This document shows positions 26,238 to 37,189 of a DNA stretch of 64,000 nt, piece by piece; positions within the stretch are counted from its first letter, which is position 1; every line of letters begins with the position of its first letter. The notes below the pieces were generated by a model. It was not told where the DNA came from. It saw nothing but the letters and a program-made list of their open reading frames with translations, and did no database searches. The DNA comes from Macrostomum hystrix (Eukaryota; Animalia; Platyhelminthes), in contig CATNEN010000029.1 of the NCBI GenBank assembly GCA_950097015.1, positions 8,556,001 through 8,620,000 on the forward strand, read 5' to 3'. Made by a program: the position numbers and the translations under genes.

Positions 26238-26544
26238 AATTCTTTCGCCCAGTTGGAACTTGCACCTATCAGGAAGATCGAATGCCACTGTAGCATATGC
26301 GAAAAATCTGTACCAACACTGAAATGCACTTTCAAGTCTCCATTGAGGGCAGCAAAAATGGTTTAAAATATTTGAAACCTCAGCAGCGTCTTTCAGACTT
26401 AACTATTTGCTTAGCTCCAATGTCCCAAAGAAGGGATAAAAAATTCTTCTTTGCTGCTTCAGCTGCACTAGAACTGCAAGATGTGCATATTTCAGATGAC
26501 TGCTGCTGTTGCAACGAACAAGCCAAGCACAACAGCTCCCGAAT

Positions 26545-27090
26545 CCCCAACAAGCCCGCAGGACATGAGTCTGTAAAGTGTCCCCAAATCCCCCCAACAA
26601 TCCCGCAGGACATGAGTCTGTAAAGTGTCCCCAAATCCCCCAACAATCCCGCAGGACATGAGTCTGTAAAGTGTCCCCAAATCCCCCCAACAATCCCGCA
26701 GGACATGAGTCTGTAAAGTGTCCCCAAATCTCCCCAACAATCCCGCAGGACATGAGGCTGTAAAGTGTCCCCAAATCTCCCCAACAATCCCGCAGGACAT
26801 GAGTCTGTAAAGTGTCCCCAAATCTCCCCAACAATCCCGCAGGACATGAGGCTGTAAAGTGTCCCAAAATCTCCCCAACAATCCCGCAGGACATGAGTCT
26901 GTAAAGTGTCCCCAAATCTCCCCAACAATCCCGCAGGACATGAGTCTGTAAAGTGTCCCCAAATCTCCCCAACAATCCCGCAGGACATGAGGCTGTAAAG
27001 TGTCCCCAAATCTCCCCAACAATCCCGCAGGACATGAGTCTGTAAAGTGTCCCCAAATCTCCCCAACAATCCCGCAGGACATGAGTCTGT
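26545..27090 (+). repeat. 47-bp minisatellite, 12 copies, each containing CAG|GAC-ATG-AG[T/G]-CTG-T; the last copy is the real acceptor/start of the CAP gene
   Basis: The G of CAG falls at 26561, 26608, 26654, 26701, 26748, 26795, 26842, 26889, 26936, 26983, 27030 and 27077. Confidence 0.95.
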
Positions 27091-30000
27091 CAGAGTTCCG
27101 ACAGTCGCTGGTGCAGCTGCAGAACGGTCGCCGGGCTCTGCACGGTGCCGCCAGCCTGCGTCCGGCCAGCGACCTCGACCGGACGGCGCAGGCGTGGGCG
27201 GAGGCGCTGGCAGCTAGGGGCAGCCTGGAGAACAGCGCCGAGGCAAAGCGTGGCGAATGCGGCGAGTGCATCAGCATGCGCAGCGCCGAGGGCCAACCAG
27301 CTGAGATCAGCGGTGAGTCGCAATGCGTTTTAGGCCCTCCACTAGAACTTATTGTTTTCCAAGGCCTTCTGAACAACTATAAAAAGGACGTTACACTGAC
27401 GAGTGGTTGGCTTATTTGGGATTCATATAAGGTAGTTATGGTTGTATGGAATCTACTTTTCACATATGCACAGTGAGGGGGTGAGCGGTTAACGCGTTTT
27501 CCTCTGGCACCAAGGTCCCTGAGCTCGATTCCTCGGCGAGGCCGCATTTATTTGGGGCGTAGTCGCGGAGAGAAGGCTTGGGGGCTTGTCGTGCAATTTA
27601 CGCCCTTGAGGGCCCAACCTCCAAGGCACAGTGATAAGTGTACACTGAATGACGATGAGAAGTCAGGGCAGATGTACACACCTGTGTGAGTGTGTGCCTG
27701 TATACGTGTGTGCGTGTGTGCTCAGGAGTCAGCGAAATGGGCAGAATTGCCTCCCTGCTGGCTGCGGGTCTAGTGTCATCAAATGATGTGCCACTGCCCG
27801 CAGCCCTTCTGCAAACAGTTATATTTATAATTTTTAGTTAAGTACAAAGTACACTCGAACTGACTGTTCGTGACATTGATATGATTTTTCAGTAAGTTTA
27901 AAATAGCGCGAAAATCCTTTCACGGCCGTCGCGTAGAGGCGCACAGCTACTGACACTCGGCCTACTGAAAAAAAAATTATCTCCCCCCGCCTGTCCACAC
28001 ACAGCCGAGGAGGTGGTCAGCCAGTGGTACCGCGACATCGACAAGTACAACTTCGCCGACGGCAGCGGCAAGGCTGGCAACTTCACCCAGATGGTCTGGC
28101 TGGGCAGCCGCGAGGTCGGAGTTGGCCGCGCCAAAAGCGGCGGCCGGGTGGTGGTGGTGGCACACTACCGGCCTCCTGGCAACGTGCGCGGCCGATACGC
28201 CGCCAACGTCCGACCGGCTGAGTCGGCTGGTGCAGCCGCCTCGCGTGAGTTAGCCGCAGCCGGCTGCCGAGTCAACACCAGCACGATCGAGCGCGAGGAG
28301 GTGCGCGGCGAGGACGGCCGGCTGTTCATTGTTGAGAGGGAGCGGATTAGTTTCGTGGACGAGCATGGAAATGTGAGTTGGGCTGTGTGTTTCGACTCGT
28401 GTCTCTTGGAGTGATTAAGGTTCAACCTAGTTGCTTAATCGTCTCGAAAATTTACACCGACCTCAGGAGAAGGAGAAGATTATCGAGCGTCGACAGGAGA
28501 AGCCGGAGCTCAAACCTGTGCCACCGGAGCTGCTGGCTGCTCAGGGTCAAGTCCTGGATGCAACTGTGAGAATTCGCGATGATTGTGTTTGTGGCTGAGG
28601 AAGGAAAGGATAGACAGCGGAGGAGGGAGAGGATAGACAGCGGAGGAGGGAGAGGATAGACAGCGGAGGAGGGAGAGGATTGACAGCAGGAAGGAGGGAG
28701 AAGATAGACAGCGGAAGGAGGGAGATAATAAACAGCGGAGGAGGGAGAGGATAGACAGCGGAGGAGGGAGAGGATAGACAGCAGAAGAGGGAGAGGATAG
28801 ACAGCGGAGGAGGGAGAGGATAGACAGCGAGAGAGGGAGAGGATAGACAGCAGAAGGAGGGAGAGGATAGACAGCGCAGGAGGGAGAGGATAGACAGCGG
28901 AGGAGGGAGAGTATACTCGTAGACAGCAGAGGAGGGAGAGGATAGACAGCGGAGGAGGGAGAGGATAGACAGCGGAAGAGGGAGAGGATAGACAGCGGAG
29001 GAGGGAGAGGATAGACAGCGGAGGAGGGAGAGGATAGACAGCGGAGGAGGGAGAGGATAGACAGCGGAAGAGGGAGAGGATAGACAGCAGAAGAGGGAGA
29101 AGATAGACAGCGGAAAAGGGAGATAATAAACAGCGGAGGAGGGAGAGGATAGACAGCGGAGGAGGGAGAGGATAGACAGCAGAAGAGGGAGAGGATAGAC
29201 AGCGGAGGAGGGAGAGGATAGACAGCAGAAGAGGGAGAGGATAGACAGCGCAGGAGGGAGAGGATAGACAGCGCAGGAGGGAGAGGATAGACAGCGGTTG
29301 AGGGAGAGTATACTCGTAGACAGCAGAGGAGGGAGAGGATAGACAGCGGAGGAGGGAGAGGATAGACAGCGGAGGAGGGAGAGGATAGACAGCAGAAGAG
29401 GGAGAGGATAGACAGCGGAGGAGGGAGAGGATAGACAGCGGAGGAGGGAGAGGATAGACAGCAGAAGAGGGAGAGGATAGACAGCGCAGGAGGGAGAGGA
29501 TAGACAGCGGAGGAGGGAGAGTATACTCGTAGACAGCAGAGGAGGGAGAGGATAGACAGCGGAGGAGGGAGAGGATAGACAGCGGAAGAGGGAGAGGATA
29601 GACAGCGGAGGAGGGAGAGGATAGACAGCAGAAGAGGGAGAGGATAGACAGCGGAGGAGGGAGAGGATAGACAGCGGAGGAGGGAGAGGATAGACAGCAG
29701 AAGAGGGAGAGGATAGACAGCGCAGGAGGGAGAGGATAGACAGCGGAGGAGGGAGAGTATACTCGTAGACAGCAGAGGAGGGAGAGGATAGACAGCGGAA
29801 GAGGGAGAGGATAGACAGCGGAAGAGGGAGAGGATAGACAGCGGAAGAGGGAGAGGATAGACAGCAGAAGAGGGAGAAGATAGACAGCGGAAAAGGGAGA
29901 TAATAAACAGCGGAGGAGGGAGAGGATAGACAGCGGAGGAGGGAGAGGATAGACAGCGGAGGAGGGAGAGGATAGACAGCGGAGGAGGGAGAGGATAGAC

Positions 30001-33000
30001 AGCGGAGGAGGGAGAGAGGATAGACGGAGGAGGAAGAGGATAGACAAGGGAAGAATTGCGTTACCAAAAAGAATGATACAAGTACGAAGTTCACGAATGA
30101 ACAACGCTTTCACGCCTTTTCGTTGAAAGAAAATCTGATTTAGTTTAACGGTAGTCATAAATAACTCGTAACGAAGCAAGATAATAAAACTTTCTATTTA
30201 CTGAAAAGCATGGAAAACAAAATGGGGTGGGTATCGCGCAATTTCCTATTGCGGTCTCCCAAGTCTAGTCGGAGCAGGAATTTATGAGCTAGTCTGGCTC
30301 AACATCGCAAATCCTTTATGGACCTAGCTGGTATTTCAGCTGGCTGTCCCTGATTTCCATAGTGTTGGAAGACAAAAGCTGAACAGCAGGCGTGTCCCGG
30401 ATATTTAAAACGGCTGTAAACATTGCTGCAGAAACTTTTCTGAGAAATTTTTAATTTCCTGAATTCCTCACGGCCAGCCGGAAAACATTTAGAAGACATT
30501 TTTTACAGCACAAATTCTCTTTTAGCTGTTCTAAGGAAAAAGTTAGACCACAGGGGAGGAAAGATGACCCAGTCTAGCTATTTGGAATTCCTGTTACGAA
30601 AGTACTGATTCTAGACTGGGTCATGGATGATTCTAGACTGGGTCATGGATGATTCTAGACTGGGTCATGACTGATTCTAGACTGGGTCATGGATGATTCT
30701 AGACTGGGTCATGGATGATTCTAGACTGGGTCATGGATGATTCTAGACTGGGTCATGGATGATTCTAGACTGGGTCATGGATGATTCTAGACTGGGTCAT
30801 GACTGATTCTAGACTGGGTCATGGATGATTCTAGACTGGGTCATGGATGATTCTAGACTGGGTCATGACTGATTCTAGACTGGGTCATGGATGATTCTAG
30901 ACTGGGTCATGGCTGATTCTAGACTGGGTCATGGATGATTCTAGACTGGGTCATGGATGATTCTAGACTGGGTCATGACTGATTCTAGACTGGGTCATGG
31001 ATGATTCTAGACTGGGTCATGGATGATTCTAGACTGGGTCATGACTGATTCTAGACTGGGTCATGGATGATTCTAGACTGGGTCATGGATGATTCTAGAC
31101 TGGGTCATGGATGATTCTAGACTGGGTCATGGCTGATTCTAGACTGGGTCATGGCTAATTGTAGACTGGGTCATGGATGATTCTAGACTGGGTCATGGCT
31201 GATTCTGGACTGGGTCATGACTGATTCTAGACTGGGTCATGGATGATTCTAGACTGGGTCATGGCTGATTCTAGACTGGGTCATGGCTAATTGTAGACTG
31301 GGTCATGGATGATTCTAGACTGGGTCATGGATGATTCTAGTCTGGTGGGTCATGGATGATTCTAGACTGGGTCATGGATGATTCTAGACTGGGTCATGGA
31401 TGATTCTAGACTGGGTCATGGGCTGACTCTAGACTGGGTCATGGGCTGACTCTAGACTGGGTCATAGGCTGACTCTAGACTGGGTCATTGGCTGACTCTA
31501 GACTGGGTCATGGATGCTTTTAGATTGGGTCATGGATGATTCTAGACTGGGTCATGGATGATTCTAGACTGGGTCATGGATGATTCTAGACTGGGTCATG
31601 GCTGATTCTAGACTGGATCATGGATGATTCTAGACTGGGTCATGGATGATTCTAGACTGGGTCATGGCTGATTCTAGACTGGGTCATGGATGATTCTAGA
31701 CTGGGTCATGGATGATTCTAGACTGGGTCATGACTGATTCTAGACTGGGTCATGGATGATTCTAGACTGGGTCATGGATGATTCTAGACTGGGTCATGGA
31801 TGATTCTAGACTGGGTCATGGCTGATTCTAGACTGGGTCATGGATGATTCTAGACTGGGTCATAGGCTGACTCTAGACTGGGTCATGGGCTGACTCTAGA
31901 CTGGGTCATGGATGCTTTTAGATTGGGTCATGGATGATTCTAGACTGGGTCATGGATGATTCTAGACTGGGTCATGGATGATTCTAGACTGGGTCATGAC
32001 TGATTCTAGACTGGGTCATGGATGATTCTAGACTGGGTCATGGCTGATTCTAGACTGGGTCATGGCTGATTCTAGACTGGGTCATGGCTGATTCTAGACT
32101 GGGTCATGGCTGATTCTAGACTGGGTCATGGCTGATTCTAGACTGGGTCATGGATGATTCTAGACTGGGTCATGGATGATTCTAGACTGGGTCATGGATG
32201 ATTCTAGACTGGGTCATGGATGATTCTAGACTGGGTCATGGCTGATTCTAGACTGGGTCATGGCTGATTCTAGACTGGGTCATGGATGATTCTAGACTGG
32301 GTCATGGATGATTCTAGACTGGGTCATGGATGATTCTAGACTGGGTCATGGATGATTCTAGACTGGGTCATGGATGATTCTAGACTGGGTCATGGCTGAT
32401 TCTAGACTGGGTCATGGCTGATTCTAGACTGGGTCATGGCTGATTCTAGACTGGGTCATGGCTGATTCTAGACTGGGTCATGGCTGGTTTTCGACCGTGA
32501 CAATAATGAAATTAGTCATAATTGACTCTACTGGTTCTCACACACTGGACTCAGGAAACCGAGATGGCCAAGTTCGGCCGTGAGGTGCTGCAGCGGCACA
32601 ATCATCACAGGTTGCGGCACGGAGCTCCGGAACTGGCCCTGAACGCCGAGCTGTCAGCCAAGGCGCAGACCTTCGCAGCGGAGCTGTGCAGCAAGGCTAA
32701 GCTATACAACAGCAGCGCTACACACGGCAGCGACAGGCTGGGAGAAAACATTGCCAGCCGCTGGAGCAACGGAGAGACCGACTACAACGGTGAGGCTGGG
32801 ATTCATGGGACTCGTCTGGGATTCGATTTGGGACTGGGATCTGTTTGATGACTCGGCTGGGATCCAGTGTGGGACTGGGATCTGTTTGGAACTGGGCTGG
32901 GATTAGGTGTGGGTCTGGGATCTGTTTGGGACTCAGCTGGAATCCAGTGTGGGACTGGGATCTGTTTGGGACTGCGCTGGGATTAGGTGTGGGTCTGGGA

Positions 33001-34196
33001 TCTGTTTGGGACTCAGCTGGAATCCAGTGTGGGACTGGGATCTGTTTGAGACTCGGCTGGGATCCAGTGTGGGACTGGGATCTGTTTGAGACTCGGCTGG
33101 GATCCAGTGTGGGACTGGGATCTGTTTGAGACTCGGCTGGGATCCAGTGTGGGGCTGGGATCTGTTTGGGACTCAGCTGGGATCCAGTGTGGGACTGGGA
33201 TCTGTTTGGGACTCAGCTGGAATCCAGTGTGGGACTGGGATCTGTTTGAGACTCGGCTGGGATCCAGTGTGGGACTGGGATCTGTTTGAGACTCGGCTGG
33301 GATCCAGTGTGGGGCTGGGATCTGTTTGAGACTCGGCTGGGATCCAGTGTGGGACTGGGATCTGTTTGAGACTCGGCTGAGATCCAGTGTGGGACTGGGA
33401 TCTGTTTGAGACTCAGCTGGGATCCAGTGTGGGACTGGGATCTGTTTGAGACTCGGCTGGGATCCAGTGTGGGACTGGGATCTGTTTGAGACTCGGCTGG
33501 GATCCAGTGTTGGACTGGGATCTGTTTGGGTCTCGGCTGGGATCCAGTGTGGGGCTGGGATCTGTTTGGGTCTCGGCTGGGATTAGGTGTGGGTCTGGGA
33601 TATGTTTGGGACTCGACTGGGATCCAGTGTTGGACTGGGATCTGTTTGGGTCTCGGCTTGGATCCAGTGTGGGACTGGGATCTGTTCGGGACTCGGCTTG
33701 GATCCAGTGTGGGACTTGGATTCATCCCAAACTGTGTCAATACAAATAGTAAATTGAATCAAAGACGGTCGCATTTCTATTGCAGCTAATGATGTCGTCG
33801 ATCACTGGTACAACGAGGTGGAGAAATTCCGATATAATGAGGAGCCCTCGGACATCAACGGAATTGGTGAGCTAGCTCGTAGCTTCTCGTTTTTCTCGAC
33901 GAATTTCTACCGTAATTCAGATGTCCGTCAGTTTTGTTGACCACTTTGATATGAAATTCTCACTGCTCTACTGCAAGTAGGCTTAAACGCGTAAGTAGCA
34001 TATTATTTATACGCATCCACTGCCCGCAGGCAACTTCACGCAGGTGGTGTGGAAGGGCTCCCGCGAGCTGGGCGTCGGTAAGGCCATCCACCGAGGCGCC
34101 GACGGCTCGCACAAGGTTGTAGTGGTTTGCTACTACCACCCTAGCGGCAACGTCATGACCAGCTTCCGGCAGAATGTTCAGAAGCCGAGCAAATGA
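27081..34196 (+). CDS. Double CAP/SCP-domain protein, GAPR-1/GLIPR2-like (flatworm group-2 VAL type); exons 27081-27312, 28005-28372, 28467-28565, 32555-32789, 33786-33866, 34030-34196, ~393 aa
   Basis: Domain 1: AQAWAEALA..KRGECGEC..WYRDIDKYNF..GNFTQMVW..VGVG..VVAHYRPPGNV. Domain 2: HNHHRLRHG..AQTFA..GENIA..WYNE..GNFTQVVW..LGVG..YHPSGNV. All junctions are GT-AG with consistent phases (1,0,0,1,1). No signal peptide or Cys-rich tail is evident. Confidence 0.9.
27476..27830 (+). mobile_element. SINE family A in the CAP intron
   Basis: Head GGGGGTGAGCGGTTAACGCG...GAGCTCGATTCC, shared body, AT-rich tail. Confidence 0.85.
28610..30035. repeat. 23-bp purine-rich minisatellite (GAGGGAGAGGATAGACAGCGGAG) with recurring variant blocks
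   Basis: Direct periodicity; it accounts for the 575-aa and 515-aa minus-strand ORFs. Confidence 0.96.
30605..32485. repeat. 22-bp minisatellite (TCTAGACTGGGTCATGGATGAT), ~1.9 kb
   Basis: Direct periodicity. Confidence 0.96.
32793..33722. repeat. 40-bp GGG-rich minisatellite filling most of the CAP intron 32790-33785
   Basis: Unit GGGATCTGTTTGAGACTCGGCTGGGATCCAGTGTGGGACT. Confidence 0.95.
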
Positions 34197-34574
34197 CGTA
34201 GTCAATGCCAGCATCGTAGAGATTGACAGCACAAACTGAGCCAGATATTTTTCAGCTTCACTAATAGTATCTGACTCCAAGAAACTCCTAACAGATGGTG
34301 GGGCTTAATTTTGCATATTATTTAGAACGGTAGCTCATGTCTGAGTCGAATTTCTGTCACTTTGATAATTATTACGCTTTTATAATTATTACGCAATAGT
34401 GGCTTGCTAAACCTAATTGCATGTGCATAAGAAAATCTAAGGACCCGTCCTAGTAGCCGCTCAATGTTCGGTAGATAGGGTTCGACCATAGACATAAAGG
34501 GAACTAGGCACCCTAGACAAGATGAATATATCTGACACCTGAACCCACTTAGGCCGGATGTAGAGTCGGAGGGA

Positions 34575-34742
34575 GCCGCATATCCAAAGGCTGTGTACAG
34601 CTGTTCAGTCCGTGGACTGGGTAGTTGAACTAAAGCCATAATAAATGAAGTGCATTGCTCAAATTGCCAAATAGTTTCACCTAGACTGAAATTCGAACTC
34701 CGGACCTCGTGGTCACGTTGCGGCTGTACCACACTGGCTATA
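34575..34742 (-). mobile_element. Decayed SINE-B-like fragment
   Basis: GGCTGTGTACAGCTGTTCAGTCCGTGGACTGG matches the B-family body; degenerate B box (GGAGTTCGAATTT) on the minus strand. Confidence 0.5.
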
Positions 34743-35774
34743 CCTCTGGCCTAATGAGAAAGGCGTCGTCAAGGAAACGGCGTGAAAGCTCACGGGTTCC
34801 AAAGGATTCCCAAGTTTAAAAGCCATTGTTACTAGCAGCGGTCCTTGATTCACACTATAGTACTTATAATAACTATTAGTAAGCTGTTCATCAACAAAAT
34901 ATTCAACCAATCGGCGGGGTGTCTGGTGGCAAAAACCACCAATATAGAAGACATAAGCACCGGGTTCGGCATCTCAATGATAGCTGCTTTTGTTGAAGGT
35001 CCCGACGGTCACCGCTTATGCTCTAGACGGTGTTGAACGGGGCGCTGGTCACTGGGATGCTGAGCTCAAAGGTCCCTACTCAGATTTTTTAACAATATGG
35101 ATTCGCCATAGAGGTTTGTACAGAGCAATACTTGTCAGGCCCTTTTCAACAGGTTCTTCCACAAGAATCTTTGAAAGTTAGTTTATCGTAAAAGGGCGGA
35201 AAGTTGTGATCCATATGGGGGACTTTCACGAAAATCGGTCATTCGGTTTGGGAGCTATCGTCAAGTAGGCAGCGGGTATTTGAAATTTTCTACTGCTGGC
35301 CAAATGCCTTATCGATCAACTAGAAGTTTCTATTGTTTTAGTTTTCTCAAAATCATGCAGAAGTGATTTTTTCTGAATGGGTCCGCATGACTTCCTCTTT
35401 GGTTTGGCGATGCTTTGCTCTCTATCCGCTTATACAATGATTAAAGTACAGTATTACTAATCAAGTATTTTTAGTAGCTAAAATGTTTGCTTCTCCACAA
35501 TATATTCGTATATGTTGAAAACGGAATGATATATTGATCTGAAGCTTGAGTTATTTTCTATTTAGACTTGTGCATAGCTAGGTTGGGCTTCTCTGAAGAG
35601 AAGCACTGATTAGTGATAGAGAGGCGAGAGCAAATAGGCTGTTAAACTAGATATAGCTATTTTTGTGTCAGTAATATTCTGAATAAATTATTTAACAGCA
35701 CAAAGTCTAGACTATATACAGTTCAGTTAATTGAGGTCTTTGCTGGTCATATGAAAGTTCAGGCTGTTATGACA

Positions 35775-36212
35775 GTGATTGGTCATATGAAGTTCAGGCT
35801 GTTATGAAGTGTTGGTCATATGAAGTTCAGGCTGTTATGAAGTGTTGGTCATATGAAGTTCAGGCTGTTATGAAGTGTTGGTCATATGAAGTTCAGAGTG
35901 TTCTAAAGTGTTGGTCATTTGTAGTTCAGAGTGTTCTAAAGTGTTGGTCATTTGTAGTTCAGAGTGTTCTAAAGTGTTGGTCATTTGTAGTTCAGAGTGT
36001 TCTAAAGTGTTGGTCATTTGTAGTTCAGAGTGTTCTAAAGTGTTGGTCATTTGTAGTTCAGAGTGTTCTAAAGTGTTGGTCATTTGTAGTTCAGAGTGTT
36101 CTAAAGTGTTGGTCATTTGTAGTTCAGAGTGTTCTAAAGTGTTGGTCATTTGTAGTTCAGTGTGATTTAAAGTGTTGGTCATTTCTAGTTCAGAGCGATT
36201 TAAAGTGTTGGT
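35775..36212. repeat. 33-bp minisatellite, intergenic
   Basis: Units AGTGTTGGTCATATGAAGTTCAGGCTGTTATGA, then AGTGTTGGTCATTTGTAGTTCAGAGTGTTCTAA. Confidence 0.95.
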
Positions 36213-37189
36213 CGGTTAAAAAAATTCAGCAGCTTAGAGTCTAGATATTATATGTACTATTATCGAATTTATTTAAAGCGAATTACAGAGTTTAATTGCA
36301 AATATTTTGAAAGGTGAAATCGACGAACTTATATTGTATTTTCAAAATATAAAATAAAAATAAAAGTTTAAAAAATCGAAGCGACGTTTAGTGAAAGAAT
36401 CATAACTCACTCACTATTTTTAATCATTTAAAATATTTCCTATTTTTAAGTGACTATAAAGCTACTTAAAACATTATGTCCATAGAAGAATACAGCAAAT
36501 ATTGCTCCGTGAATCCAGTTAAATAGTAAATAGTTTTAAAACAAACATGACCCAGATATAGCTTTGGGCTGGCTAAACTGATAACCTATAGTTGACAGTG
36601 AGAAAAGGGTGAAGACAAAGTAGGTAAAGTAGAAACCTTGAACATAGCGCACAAAAAACTTTCAGTTAAACAAAACTACCTTAACGAATTATGCTATTTA
36701 ATAGCCGATTATAGTATTATTGCGACTAATAAAGCTAAACTTATAAAAATCGACCAGGCGAGACAATATAAGAGATGCTGCATGATAAAAGTGCATATGC
36801 GCAGTTTGTGCATGCATTAATTTTTCAGCCCTAAACCGCAAATTAAGTTAAAAAATAAAAGAGAATTTTAAAGTAAAATCAGCGACACATGAAGTGAAAT
36901 GGACAATAATTCTGGATTAACAAATAGATCCAGCTAAGTTACCATCAGCCCGCAATAGATCTTCCCTGTTTGCGATACGAAAAACAAAAATGTCATAAAG
37001 TGGGATTTAGATTTTTTTCAACATCGAGGCACTAACAAGGCGTCCCTGCTATCATCTGACAAGTAGGCACGGCATTGACGTGAAATTTATTTAACATATC
37101 GTGACGTAATCCTAAAAAAATATTTTAAAAATGTTGAGACACCATCGCGCCAAAGTTCGTTATCTTCACGTAAGAAAAATTGCAAATCC

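Noticed and set aside
28452-30179. Long ORFs over tandem arrays (575/515 aa here; also 18411-19103, 26380-27069, 33213-33740, 35804-36244, 54491-58530, 61234-62446)
   Set aside because: They are translations of minisatellites lacking stops in some frames, open in several frames or strands at once, lying in introns or intergenic DNA, with no domain content.
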